The position numbers and the translations under genes are program-made. Positions 37,831-50,589 of a DNA stretch of 64,000 bases are shown piece by piece. The stretch comes from Vicugna vicugna. Taxonomy: Eukaryota. Positions within the stretch are counted from its first letter, which is position 1. Each line of letters begins with the position of its first letter. Under the pieces are notes generated by a model. That model was not told the DNA's origin. It was given only the letters and a program-made list of their open reading frames with translations, and made no database searches. The DNA is taken from assembly GCA_013265495.1 (NCBI GenBank), contig MU057887.1, forward strand, positions 1,873,985 through 1,937,984, read 5' to 3'.

Positions 37831-39739
37831 CACAGCCGGGAGACTGGGCGCCAGAGTCGCCCCGCCGGCGCCTCCCGGGCCGCTCCCCAGTGCCGGCCCC
37901 GCCCCACCGCCAGAGGGCCTGGCTCCTCTGCGCGCACAGCGCTGTCACGTGCTGTCTGTGCTCGGGGGCTCACGCGGGGAGACGGCTCGCTGGTGGGCGT
38001 GTGGACAGATGAGCCGGGGTGGGCTTCGGATAAAGCCCCCTGGGAGGCAGGGCCCGGCCGGGGGCCGGGACTGGAGAGATGAGAGGCTTGGCTTCCTGTC
38101 GGGGCCCATCAGGAGGCGCCTGCACCTAGTCTGCTGAGTGTGTTTATCACTGTGGCTTTCAGCTCTCTTGTTGCCGCTGCCCAGGGGGGCGTCCGATGGC
38201 CGGGATCTGCATTCTGTGAAGTCACGCCCACTTCAGCGGAAAAAAAAAGAGGCCGGGGGCGGGGCGGGGCCTGGAGAGGGCTCCCCTCCAGCCAGCTTCC
38301 CTAAGACTCGGGGATAAGATGGTCCTCCCTGCGGACTCACCCCAAACCCAGTGTCTGAGGGTCCTGGGTACTCTGGGCGGAAGCTGGACCCGGGCATGGT
38401 CCTCGGTCATCGCGGCAGCTCTGCAGGAGGACATGAGCTCTGCATGAAGGGACATGAGCTGCCCAGGGTCCCCCAGCTGGCGCTTTGCCACCAAAGTCCA
38501 GGCACACTTGGCTGTGCTGCCTCAGATCTCAGGACTGGAGTGGACACGAGCTGGGGACAGTGTGGGGGACACCACGGGGCGGGTCGGCGCTCGACGGGGA
38601 AGCTGTGTCCCACGGGCACCGTCGCGGCTGCTCTGCGGCGGGGCAGGACTGCCACTGCTTGTGCATACGGAGCAGCACACAGCCTGATAAGCGGGTGAGG
38701 GAGGGCGTCTGAAAAATAGCCTCTAGCTTTGCAGCTTCTCCGGACCCCATTCAGGCTGATGCTGGTCCGTAGGGACCTGAGAAATGCGAGCACTCCTGCT
38801 ACGGAGAGGGTAGTTGGCATTTAGCACCTCTTCCCTCTGCAGGATGGGATGTCAGGGAGGGGCCCCGGGACCATTGCATCCACCTGCAGGGAGGTCAACC
38901 CAAGGCTGGTGACCCCTGTGTTGGCCTGGACTTCCCTGCTGCCCGGCTGGGCACAGGTGGGCCCGGCCGAGAGGGACGGGAGGCCATGGGTGTGAGGGTC
39001 TTTCTGTGCCTGGTTCTCGATCAAGTCTGTAGGTTTGCAGAGTTTTTCCTTCCTGCTCTGTCTTGCCTGGTGGCCTTTGCATCTCTGCCTCCCATGAAGC
39101 AGCCGGGGGCCCTGAGTTTCCCAACAAGCCTGGCTGAACCCCGACTCTGTCTCCTGCTGACCTCTAGGCCCCAATTCCTAGTGATGGCCGTTCTCATGCA
39201 GAACAGAAGCGGTGCGGAAAACGCTGCTCAGCGGGGAGTTACAGGGCTTGCCAGGGTCCACAGTTCATCAGCTGGTGCAGTGACCTTATCGTGTATCTCG
39301 ACAGCCACCGTCCCCAGGTCTTGCCTGGAACATTAAAATCATCTCCTCTCAACTGTCCTCAAAGGCATTAAGTGATGATAACAAGACAGCAAACTAGAGC
39401 TGCCCAGGGGAGGGGACAGAGGTGGACCACACGGTCCGCAGGCAGCCCAGAGGCCCCGAGGCATCCGTGTCCCTGCTCTCCAGGTGACTGGGCTGACGCT
39501 CGCCTGGTTCCTCTCAGCATCCGTGCCAGAGCTTTCCACCTTGGACACAGTCCCACCCTCCCGGCTGCACTGAGGTGCGGTGGAGGCAGTGAGCCCTCTT
39601 AAGACGGCCAGGCCTCAACCCACCGGCTCCACCATCCGAGCCCTGGTCAGGGGTGAGCCCGCCGGTCGCAGTCAGGCAGCCCTGAAGGGTCTGCCCCGGC
39701 CGCGCCCCCCACAGCAGGTGGCTGTCTTTCCTGGAAGCG

Positions 39740-41060
39740 ATGGCCTTGGTGTGTTGGCTCCATTAGCAGAATTTGGGATCCACGACATTATTCCAGTTTG
39801 GTGTCGTTTCTACCAGAGGCTTCCAAGAAACCACTTCACTCCAGTGACAGTTGAATCATCGTCATCCAATTTATGGAATCGAAGTAGAGCTTTTAAAATT
39901 TCTCCTGCAGCTGGTGAAATGACGTGACTTTGGCGACTGGTGTCACGGTAAAAGCAACGTTGTCTCCAAGTTAAGTGCAGACGTGGGCTTGGGTTCTGGT
40001 GGTGCCTTCAGACAAGCCGCGGGGCCGGCCAGCCTGAGCAAAGTGGTCGCTGCCAGAGCGTGCAGCGGTCGTGTGTGTGCCCGGGATGACTCGAAATAAA
40101 CAGCTCGGTGACGAAGCTGACGTTAGACGCTAAATAATCTCCAGGTTAGTTTTTCCGGCATGGTGGAACCTCCTTTCTCCCCTTTTCTCGTCATCAATCA
40201 GATTTGAGAAGCGTTTGCGCCTTTGCTCCATTACTTGGTATATCAAGTGTCCTCTAATGGCACCAGACTTTTTTTTATAAACAAATCCTCCAGATGTTGG
40301 AGGCAGTTTTATACAATCAGTGGGAAATCTTTAACTGAGGTATTTAATAGACGGAAGCTGCAGAACGTCAGGTATGAACATTTCCCACAAATTGTGATTG
40401 TTGCAGAGAAAACTTGCAAACAGGAAGACAGTGGGATTTGTCCCTGCAGGAGCCCGGGGGAGCTGGACGTGGTGTGCGGTGAGGCTGAGGGGGCAAGTCT
40501 TTATTTTGAGATTCTCATTAAATCTTGGTAGGTCTTGACAGCCAGGAAGAATCTTTCAATGAAGCTCCTGTAGGTTTCTTTGGATACATTGATGACGTGG
40601 GTGTAGGCTGCAACTGCGTGGACAAGGCTCTGTTTGGGGGCAGGAGTGGAATCTAGTGGAGAAAAGCCAGGACTGGGGTTTTACAGCATCTTCCTTTGGT
40701 AAAACCTTCAAAAGAGTCATGAATAGAGATCATGTATTTGACATGTTTCATCATGAAAAAATATGCATTGAGACAGGGTGCCCTGAGTGGAGGCAGAAGG
40801 CAGTGTCTGTGACAACATTGCTGCTGAAGCTGCTCCGCATTTCAGCGCCAAAATGCGAGGACTGAAAACACCCTCCGTTTCACAGCATTTACTCTGAGCT
40901 CACCGAGTACTTCATTCCTGCAGAGATAATATTTTTAAATTAAAAACACAGCCTGTTGAGAAGAGTCAGGTGGAGTGTTAACAATTTAAAAATGCAATTT
41001 GAAAACCATTACCTGCAAAGTTAGGAAAAATTTAAAGTAATATAATCATGTTAGAAATAC
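39740..41060. promoter_or_regulatory. Long unique lower-GC block; candidate conserved non-coding cluster
   Basis: About 1.3 kb with no repeat I recognise, lower GC than flanks, no coherent ORF. Confidence 0.35.
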
Positions 41061-41152
41061 ATTCTTCTGACAAGTGCTACTGGCCCAGTGCTGATCTGGA
41101 GAAAGGAGAGCGACACAAGTAAGTATACAGGTGTCGGCAATAATTTTATTTT

Positions 41153-41303
41153 GGGAACTGTATTCAGTATCTTATAATAACCTATAATGGAAAAGAATCT
41201 GAAAAAGAATATATATGTGTATGTATATGTATAACTGAGTCACTTTGCTGTACACTTGGAACTAATGCAACATTGTAAATCAACTGCACTTGAATTAAAA
41301 AAG
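41153..41303 (+). mobile_element. L1 3' end (artiodactyl-type)
   Basis: gggaactgtattcagtatcttataataacctataatggaaaagaatctgaaaaagaa..poly-A; TSD aataattttatttt (41139-41152) and aatgactttatttt (41304-41317). Confidence 0.9.
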
Positions 41304-41997
41304 AATGACTTTATTTTCATTTTTAATGTTTATATTGTAAGATACAGAATTTTAGCTACTAATATAGCCAGAGATTCCTATTTTTCCTCTACCCTCCCAA
41401 ATTTCTGTTGTTTTTTCTTTTTTGTATTTTTCTTTTTTGTTTTAAAATTAAACATTGGGTAAAATTAAGATAGTGTTTATCTGGGAGCTGTAGCGTACCC
41501 AGACGAACACGTCACAACACCCTGGCAGTGAGCATGGCCTTGGGGAATTACACATGACCTTCGCAGCCCCTGGGTTGGCCCTCCGAGTCCTGCTCGGCCC
41601 CCTCCCCTGAGAAGCAACCGCTGCCCTGAGTCTTTATTAATCGTTCTCTTATCTTGCTCTTAATTTCGCAAGTGTGTATCTGTCTACAGCACATCGCGGG
41701 TTTTGCGTGTCTTGGGCTGTACAGAGGGGGCGGCTAAGGCGCGCAGTGTGTCACCCTCGAGTGCCCGCCCAGCCGTGCTGGTGTTCACACTGTGGTTCTT
41801 TCGTTCGCCCTTGAATGGGATCCCACTGTAGAACCGTAACCAAATTTAACACGTCCTTTCTCCTCCTGATGGGCTGATTCCAGGCTTGTGTGGGTTGGCT
41901 TCCTACTGGGACCCGCACATTCCTGGTCACTTGTGGGAGAGTTCCTGGGGCGTATCCCCCGGGTGTGTAATAAAACGGGTTTTGTGCTGAAGTCCAC

Positions 41998-42433
41998 TGC
42001 ATTAGCTTCCTGTTGCTGCCATAACAAGTCACCACCAATTTAGTGGCTTAAAACAACACGAGTTATGCTTTCACAGTCCTCTTGATCAGAAGTGAAATGA
42101 GACTCCCGGGGTTGAACCTGAGGTGACGCCAGGCCTTTCTGGAAAGTCGAGGGGAGACTCTGTTCCTCGGCCTTTTCCAGTTTGTAGAGGGCTGCCCACA
42201 GCCCCTCTTCCATCTTCAAGGCCAGCAGCATAGAATTTCTCTGACCGCAGCCAGAAAAGGTTTTCCAGTTTTAAGAGCTCATGTGGTTTGACTGGACCCA
42301 CTCGGAGGATCCAGGAGAATCTCTCCAGCAAGGATCCACATCTGCAAAGTCCCTTTCACCTCGTAAAGCACCCTCGTCACCGGTTGGGGGGATTAAGATG
42401 TGGACATCGTGGGGACCATTATTCAGCCTAGCA
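41998..42433 (-). mobile_element. MLT1C/D-like MaLR solo LTR
   Basis: tgcattagcttcctgttgctgccataacaagtcaccaccaatttagtggcttaaaacaacac...ggggaccattattcagcctagca. Confidence 0.85.
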
Positions 42434-43009
42434 GAGTTGTGCGCAGAGATATTTGGAAGCCTCTAGGCCAGATGACCCTGAAAGTCCTTTCAAGCCCCGC
42501 GCCTCTGGGACTAGAAGCAAAGCGGGCTAGCCTGCCGGCCTCTGCACTTTGTGTCCACTCTGTCTCCTGCGCCATCACCCGCTCGTGCAGCACAACAGAG
42601 ACTTGCTGGATTCCGCGGTCAGTTAGCCCTTAAGCCCGGGACTCCCGGAACCTCAGGGGCCTCTGAAGCACCGGGAAGCTTCCTTGTCCACAAGTGAAGA
42701 AAATCAGGCCAGAAATGGGAGCGCTTGGTCCCAGGCCCCCCACTGCAGGCGAGGCAGGGTGCGGACTAGCACCCAGCTGCCCTGACTCCAGCCAGGGTGA
42801 AGGCGGTGGGGTGGTGGAATGTGCTAGAAACAGGCAGGTCTGTGTCCAGCCTCATTAACTGGATGGGGTTGCTTCTGAGAGTCTCAGCTCCCCCGTCTCT
42901 AAAATGGGGGCGGGTAATAATGCACATCATACAGAGTGGCTATGCAGATTCCTGGAGATAACGCGCATAACATGGCTGGCTTACAAAAGGAATTAAAGAA
43001 AATCTGAAT

Positions 43010-43225
43010 TCCCTGCAGAAGTTTGAACTATCAACCCCATTTCTTCATCCCTACCTGCATCCACACCCTTGTCACAGTGTCCCCTTGCATCTTGACTTGG
43101 GACTTGGCAGGTGGCTTGCTTTAGCTGGGGACCTTCCGGTTCTAGTGATGGCGTGCCAATTCCAAGCCTTAAAAGGCCCCGCGTGCCTCTGCTTGCTCTC
43201 TTGGGCCTCTGCCATAGCCCTAGGA
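43010..43225 (+). mobile_element. MLT1E/F-like MaLR LTR fragment
   Basis: cttgacttgggacttggcaggtggcttgctttagc..gtgccaattccaagccttaaaaggcc..ctgcttgctctcttgg. Confidence 0.55.
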
Positions 43226-43304
43226 GACCACGCCCCAGAAGACCACGCCCCCACATCCATAGGAGACCACACCCTTTAAGACCACGCCCCAGTAGACCAC
43301 GCCC
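43225..43304 (+). repeat. Five copies of AGACCAC(G/A)CCC
   Basis: Copies start at 43225, 43240, 43264, 43279 and 43294. Confidence 0.9.
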
Positions 43305-43769
43305 TGGCCAGCCTCCTGGGCTCAGGAGGACGGGCTGGACAGCAGAGGGAGGGTGCTCCGGCCATCAGAACAGAACCCCCAGCCCAGGCCAGGCCCTCCC
43401 CGCTGACCCGCGGACCAGGAGCAAACCCAGCTAAGATCAGCGGGGCCGCCCCACCCACCTGCCGACTCCTGTGGGCTCCGCCCTCACTGCTCACGCCCTC
43501 CTGAGTCGTTCTGTAACAGTAGCCACTTGCTCCATTCCCCTTTCCTATTTGTCTCAGATTCCTCAAACTGTGCAGAAATCATACTGTTGCAGGATTTTGG
43601 AATCAACTGTGTCAAGCCCCTTTCAACCACGGATGAGAGCACGGGGCCCTCGCTCGGGTCCCTGGGGTTTGGCCTCGGGGCCTTTGGCGGCAGAGGCCCC
43701 TCGTGTCCACGCCCTCCGCCTGTAGTGGGCCATGAAGTGTCCGCTTTGTCTGTGAGCTGAGGGCTTGAG

Positions 43770-43950
43770 CAACTAATTTTCACTTCTAATTTAATTATTG
43801 ATTGATTCTGCCTTGATGGCAAAAAGGTCTCTGTGAGATGCAATTACTTCCTTGTACCCAAGCATTTTGATTGTCTAATGACCGTCTCCAGTGCGGACTA
43901 AGCCTCCAGCCCACTTTTAATTAAACTAATCTGTTAGAGGAGGCAGCCTG
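43770..43950. promoter_or_regulatory. Candidate conserved non-coding enhancer next to a CpG-rich patch
   Basis: ctaatttaattattgattgatt (TGATTGAT at 43799-43806), ttttaattaaactaatctg. Confidence 0.45.
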
Positions 43951-44358
43951 CTTCCCGACCCAGCCGCCTTCAGCCGCGCCCGGGGCGAGAGCCGCCTGGC
44001 GCCCCGGGCACAGGCTGCGGGGCGTGGCCCCCTGCGTGGCAGTTAGGACCCATGACAACACACCAGCATTAAAACCCCAGGGAAACCAGTCAGTTTAAAA
44101 GCGCTGCGCCCTCCCTGCGGAAGCAAGGCCAGTGTCGCCTTCACGAATGTGGGGCTCTCACCGAGCTCTTACCAGTCCCAAAGCTCACAGGTTGGAGGCC
44201 CCATCATCTGGCGTGAAAAGTCAGCGGAGAGCAGAAGGAGGCCGAGAGGGGCACAGGCTTGGGGGCTGAGCTGGATTTCCTGCTTTGTCCTTCAGCAATT
44301 TCGCACCAGGGGAAAGCCGTCAGTCTCTGTGTCTTCATTCATAACTTGGGGTAACGCG

Positions 44359-44663
44359 CAGGTCTGCAGCTCCTTAGCTGAAGCTCTTGAGGCAGAGAGG
44401 TTCCACTTTCAGAAATTTTCTTCCAGATTTTGGAACAATAATCCAGCATGGATTACATATTCCTAACCTTGCCGGCAGGTCCAGGGCAAATACCCCAGAA
44501 TCAGATTTGTTATTTTAGCAGCAAAACGTGACTCCTCAAATTAAGGTGGTAAATGGATTATAAATGGTCTCAGTTCCGGTTTTTCTGCCAAATGAATTAT
44601 GAAAAATCTTTTGGATTTTAGAGCATTTTGGACTTTGGGATTTGGGGATGAAATGGCAGATGT
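44359..44663. mobile_element. MER46C-like Tigger MITE
   Basis: ttttctgccaaatgaattatgaaaaatcttttggattttagagcattttggactttgggattt matches recalled MER46C. Confidence 0.7.
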
Positions 44664-44869
44664 GTACGTGAGTCACAGGTTGTCGTGAGGTAAAGAGACT
44701 CCGGGGGAAATTGTCCAGTGCAGTGCGGGGCACTTAGGAAGTTTTCAGTAGATAGCCTTTCCCCTCGTCTGTCCCCTCTGGGGGCGTGGAGACACGGCAG
44801 ACACGGACCTCGTCTCCCAGATCGCTCGGGTTCGGGTGGAGGTGCGAGGTCACAGTAAGTTCCCCGCCA

Positions 44870-45420
44870 GGAGCAGGTCTTTGTTTCAAGACGGGCACCT
44901 GCTCCTCACAGAAGACAAACTCAGACGTCTGATGAACACTGGAGGACTGGTACAGCCTCATCAATAATTAAAAAATCCAAATGAAAACACAATGAGAGAT
45001 TACTTTGCAGCTCTCAGGGTTGTTAAATTTTAAATATTGCTGATGTCCAGGGCTGGTGCTGCAGTGAGAAGGCGCTTCCTTATACTGTCAAGGAGAATGG
45101 AAATTAACCAAAAGGTGCTACTATTTTTTTTTCCCCTTTTTGGATGGATAGTGTTTCAGTTTCCATCAAAACTCCGCCTGCATTGTATATTCTTGACTCT
45201 ACAATCCCACTCTGGGGCTTTACCCACAGGAATAAGTGCACCGATCTGTGTGCAGCAGGACAGTGATTGCAGCGTGGTTTGCAAACCTAAAATAGTGGAA
45301 GTGACTGAAATATTTATTGAAGGGGAACGAGTGCCCATACTTGGCTGCGGTCATGTTGTGGAATATTATGCAGATGTTAAAAAGAGTCAGGTAGAGATAC
45401 ACAGGAATGAAGGGACATGA
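44870..45420 (+). mobile_element. Old L1 (L1ME-type) ORF2 3' fragment
   Basis: atccaaatgaaaacacaatgagagattact..tattcttgactctacaatcccactctgggg..gtggaatattatgcagatgttaaaaag. Confidence 0.75.
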
Positions 45421-46384
45421 ACCCCAGTCTTCTCAGCTGTAAAATGAGAGTTTGAGTGTCTCCTACTTTAGAGGGCTGCTGTGATGAAAGGCTGTAAGCG
45501 TCTGACACAGTGCCTGCCACAAGGAAAACGCTCAAGGATGGATATTGGCTATTGGATACTGTTTTCTTGTTGTTTTTACGGTGGACTCCTAGGTGCTGGC
45601 TCGCTGTCGTGTTGGATTAGCTCTGCCATCCTGAATCCCAGGCTCCATGAATGTCCATCAGCGTAGGCTGAGATCCAGCGCCGTGACACACACCCCCTCC
45701 ATCCACACTCACGCGAGCAGCTCAGCTCTTCACTCTGGGACCCGGCTGAGCCCCCTCTGGGATGTTCTAGGGTCGAGGCAGAGGGATAGAGAGGGAGCAG
45801 AACCAGTGGAGATTAAACATTTCTTCAGGAAGCAGCCCACGGCCCTTCCACTCACATCTCATTGGCCAGAGTGAGCCCAGCGGCCGTGCCCAGCCTCAGG
45901 GGGGCCGGACGCACATCCTGCTGCGGGGATGGGCAGTGAAGCGTTGATGACGCTACAGCTGACCGTGCTGAGTCTGTAAAAAGTCAACCCAACCCCTTTC
46001 TCGGATGATTCTGTGGGCACTGAGGGGTGTGTGCAGGATGCCCTGGGTTCCTGGCTCATAGTGAGTGTCCCTTCGTCCCCCTGACACCCCCCTACCCTGC
46101 TTCCTCTTGCTTTAAAGGACCAACGCCAGTTTTTATCAGATCCCCACTTTTCCAACTAATGAGAGTCAGGTACTCACATCTTTGAAGACGTTTCTGATCT
46201 TGGTTTAGATAAAGATTTGAAACTCTCCGGTCAGCATTTTTGATTCTGATGATACAGGGAAAAGCACCAAATGTCAGCCACTGGCCCCGAGGCTGGGTGT
46301 TCGGGGGTCTCTGAGCGAGGGGGTCTTAGGGCAGTGGGGGGCCCGGCTGCAGAGGGGGCCTGTGGTCAGCCCTGGGCTCCCCCA

Positions 46385-46652
46385 GAGGACCCTGGATCAC
46401 CCAGGCGGGCCCAGTGTCGTCCGTCAATAATCAGAGTCAGAAGCAGAGAGGGGATGTGGCCATGGAGGTTGAATGAATGGGGTCACAAGCCCACGAATGT
46501 GGGCTCCCCAGGAGCCCGGAAAGGCCAGGAAATGGGTTTCCCCTGAGCTTGCCCCCCACTTCGGGCTTCTGACCGCAGATTCGTAGGACAATAAATCCAC
46601 GTTGTTTTGAGCCTCTCAGTGTGTTAGTGCGGCCGCAGAAGCGCAGTAAATG
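46385..46652 (+). mobile_element. MLT1D-like MaLR LTR
   Basis: ggtcacaagcccacgaatgtggg..ggaaaggccaggaaatggg..cttctgacc..aataaatccacgttgttttgagcc. Confidence 0.7.
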
Positions 46653-49600
46653 AGGGTCTGGCCAGAGCCAGGCCCAGGCCAGGCTGGCGGGGCTGGGTCT
46701 CAATAGAGCTGGCCCAGCTCTCCAGGGCCTTGGGCTCGTCGCCTCCTGTCCCAGCCTGGGTTTCTCGTCAGCGTGGGGAATGCTGTCTGCCCCCCCCCCA
46801 CCTCCCCCGCCTGCTCTGGGCAGACGCGGGGCTACAAGGGCTTGTGAACATCCCCATGAATCTCTGAGGACCCGGCTCCTTCCCCTCTGGGCACTGGCTG
46901 GGATGAGGGCGGGGGCTAAAAGGGCCAGACTGTCACCCGCTGGTGTTCCAGAACCTTCTGCTGCTGTGACCCTGAGCTCTGCTCTCTCTTGCCTGGAGAC
47001 CCAGAACCCTCCTTTGGGGCCCCGTTCTGTCCTTTCCTGTCCCCTGCTGTTCCTCAGGAGGGGAGGCCGGAGAGCCTTCCTGCCCCGCCTGGGGGGCGTG
47101 GCTCCTGCAGTGAAACCAGCCCCTGATGTGCTCTGGCCTGAGCGGGGCGAGGCCCAGGCACCGCGCCCACACGTCCCGCCCGCCCCGCCTCTCAGCCTCG
47201 GGTGCCGTGCTCTCTGCCGGGTCCCCCAGGGCCGTGCCTGCCTCCCGGAGCCCATCCCCTCCTTCCCAGACCTGATGGTCTGTCGTGTGCCTGACGCTGT
47301 GGTCGTCTCCTTCTCATGGGCGTCTGTCCTCCTAGGCCGTCCACTCCTCAGTGACCCGGCCTGACTGTCTTGCCTCAGCCTCGCATCTCCTGCACGTGGT
47401 ACGTGCTCTGGGAAGAGCTGAGTGACTCAGTGGCCCTCTCTCTGGACTCACCTTTCTCTACTTTTTAAAAACCTGCAAATCCCCCTTTGCTCTAAGACCA
47501 GGCACCACTGTCTCTGGGAAGCCCTCCCGGATTGCCCCCCGTCTGGGTGAGCGGCCCCCACAGCCCTGCGCCGCCCCCTTGGCGTCATGTGCCGCCTGGG
47601 GGCCTGGGCTGCTCCCCACTTTGCTCGCTATCACTGTATCGTCCCCTCTTCCCCACCCTCCCCCTCCCCCAGGGAGGCCAGGGCCTGCGCACAGTCAGTG
47701 CTGTGGGTACATCGTCACTGCCCTCGTGCTTGGCGGGTGCTTGGCAGGTGCCTTCAGGCCAGGGACGGCTCTACGCCCCCGGACACAGCTGTGACCTGGA
47801 CAGAGACGCCTGCCCCGTGGCACCTTCTCTGTAATGGGTGGGTGTGTGGCACCAGCAGTGGCTGCCCAAGTGCAGATATAACTTCTGTTTTGTCACTGTG
47901 TCTGGTTGTAAAAAGCTGCATCATGATCTATTTCCGCTGGTAAAGATTTAAGATAAAATTAATCCGTCAGCTCCGAGTCTGAGTGGCTGTCAGGGTTTGC
48001 ACGATGCCGCTTACTAGACAGCGGCTGTGTTTGCCCGGAGCGGGCGGCCCTCCCGAAGCCCCGCTCTGCTCTCCGAAAGCCTGCCCACGGGCCGCCCGAC
48101 AGCCCCGAACTAGCCAGGCGCGGCCTCCGTCCCCTGTGTCACCAAGAAGCCCACGTGCGCAGTTTGAATTAGAGTCTGAGACGCTGCCAGGAAGGGACCC
48201 CGCAGAAGGGCCACCACATCAATGTGCCCTTCCTGTGGTTTTCCAAAACCAAACCCTGAAGTTAACACGTTCAGCCTTAGGAAGGACGTGGTGCCGGGTG
48301 GTGGTGCCCAAACTGTGAGCGAAATGAGGAAACAAGGCATGGAGGCGGGTTCCCGGGAGATGCAACGCAGTCCGCCGTGCGGGACCGCGCGCCTCCCCGG
48401 CCTCAGGTTCCCCGTCTGTCAAAGCTGGTGGCGGGTGAGATGATCTTAGGCCTTCCCTGCCTTCACCCTCTACTACTTGTGGCTCCCGCGGGAGGAGGGA
48501 TGGGCAGAGCTGGACTGTGTTATAACTGGGGACTCCAGCACGGCCGGGAACGCTTCTGCCCCCTCAGCGAGCCCGGGAACGCGGGCGGTGCCCGGAGAAG
48601 CGGGCTTCCTTGCTGCCCGGAGCTCTGGCCGCGGCCCAGCCCCGGGGTGGTGGCGTGGTGGCGGGGTGGTGGCCCGAGGGCTCAGGCAGTCTCCAGCCAA
48701 CCGGGCTGAGGGGTTTCCTTTGCCTGTCTGCCTCCAAAGCCTGACCTGAGTCTGAGGACTCGTCACCCCAAGGGAGGAGCAGAGACGCGGGGGTGGGGTC
48801 CCTGACTCCTATGCCCAGAGGGGCGGCGTGGAGAAGGGAGTGGGAGAGCCCGGGGGAGCCACCCGGAGGCCCGACTCCGTGCAGCCGGGGGGTCACTTGA
48901 GAGGCTGCAGGTGCTAAGCCAGTGGGTTCAGGGGCGTCAGGGGGTTTAAAGCCAGCCCCGGAGCGCCCTCAGTCCAGATCCTGGGTCAAAACCCCGGCGT
49001 GCGGGCCTAGGTCTGTGAGGGGCCCGGAGCTGTGCGCCTGCCTGGCCCAGCTTGTCTCGCCGTGTGTCCCTGGGCTCACCTGGGAGTTCATCCTCCATCA
49101 CTCCCCGCGCAGGGCACGGGGCCGTGGAGGTGGAAGGCGTCCTTGGGCATCTGATGGAGGTCTGGGCTGAGAGTTAGACACTCAAACAGCCGTGATTCGG
49201 GGCTGTGGCCATGGCAGAGGGGTGCATTGGGGCTGACACACACCTTCCCCAGCGTAGGCCCCCCTGAGCCCCGTTCTTGAGGAGGCCTGCGCGGTGTGCA
49301 CGTGTGTGCCTCCGCACAAACGATCCTGTCCATCCTCTCCGGGAGACTCGGACCCGCGCTGGCATCATTTCTCACTGCTCACGCTCTCTTCAGTTCCTGC
49401 CCGGGAAAGCTCCAGGCTGCCGGGGGAGATGCTCCTTGGTTCCCGCCGACACCTGAAGACGGGCCCTGTCCCCGTCCTCGCTGGGGGGAGGAGCCTCACC
49501 CGGGCCAGAGGGTGTCCCCTGGACCCTCTCCCTACGGCAGCAGGGGGGATGAAATCTGGTTTAGTCGCCTTCAGCTGGTGCTGGCCCTGTGGGCCCACGC

Positions 49601-50589
49601 CAGGGCTCAGGGAGGCCTCGCGGACAAGCGGCTTTGGGGCTGGCCTGGGGCTGGCCTGGGGCTGGAGGGCCAGCTGGCGTGTTCATGTCCTGGCAGTGAA
49701 GGCTCTGGCCGCGGATTTCTAGCAGAGCATTGGATTTCCCAGGTGGCGAAGGCTGTGCCTCCTCGGGTTGGTGAAAGTGCCCCTTTTCTAGACCTGCCTG
49801 TAGTTTTAGTCTCTCAAGGTTGGAGAGGTTTTCGAGCTCACTGGGGTCAACCACCCTCCGGGTCTTGGGAACCCTCTGTGTCTGTGGCAGCCAGCAGCGA
49901 GCTCCATCCTTGGTTGCTTTGTTTTGTCCCTTATGGGATTATCCTCCCACGCCCACGTGGTCCTGGGACGCTGTCTGGGGACCCGGCCTTTCCCCAGACA
50001 AGCAGCGTGGGAGGCCTTGTTACTGACGCCATGGACATCTGGTGTCCAGCCCCCTTACCCCTCTGGTGGCAGAATCCCTCTCTGGGGGACCCACGACTCT
50101 CAGTCCTTGTAGTTCAGGTGGGCTGACCCCACGTCTACCTCCCCTGTCAGGATGAGCAAGACACCCAGGGCTGGCCGATCAGAGCCCACGGCAATTGGCT
50201 CAGAGTCCATGGTGACTGGCTCAGAGGAGGTCACATGACTCCAGGCAGGCCAATCAGAGTCTCCCCTGAAACCTTTATTCAGAAAAATTAGGAACAGGGC
50301 ACTTTTAAAAAGTCTGAGCATCTGCTGTGTACCAGGCGCTGGGCTAGGTGTTTGCCTGCATTGTTTGTGATCCTGACAAGCACTGGGCCTGGTAGTCGGG
50401 ATCCTCTCTTTGTTGCAGGTGAGGAGATCAACCCTGAGGGAGGCTGTGAGTGTCCTGAGGTCACCTGACAGTGTTTGCAAAGCCAGGACGGGGTTCCCAG
50501 CCTGTCTCCCTCCACGTGGCTTTCAGGCTCCCTTAGTACCTGGTGCTGCCCTCCAGGCTGCCAGCACGTCCTCGCCCGAATGAGAAAGG

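Noticed and set aside
43225..43304. Repeat-spacer-like array as CRISPR
   Set aside because: Mammalian DNA, 11-bp units with 4-13 bp spacers, no cas genes.
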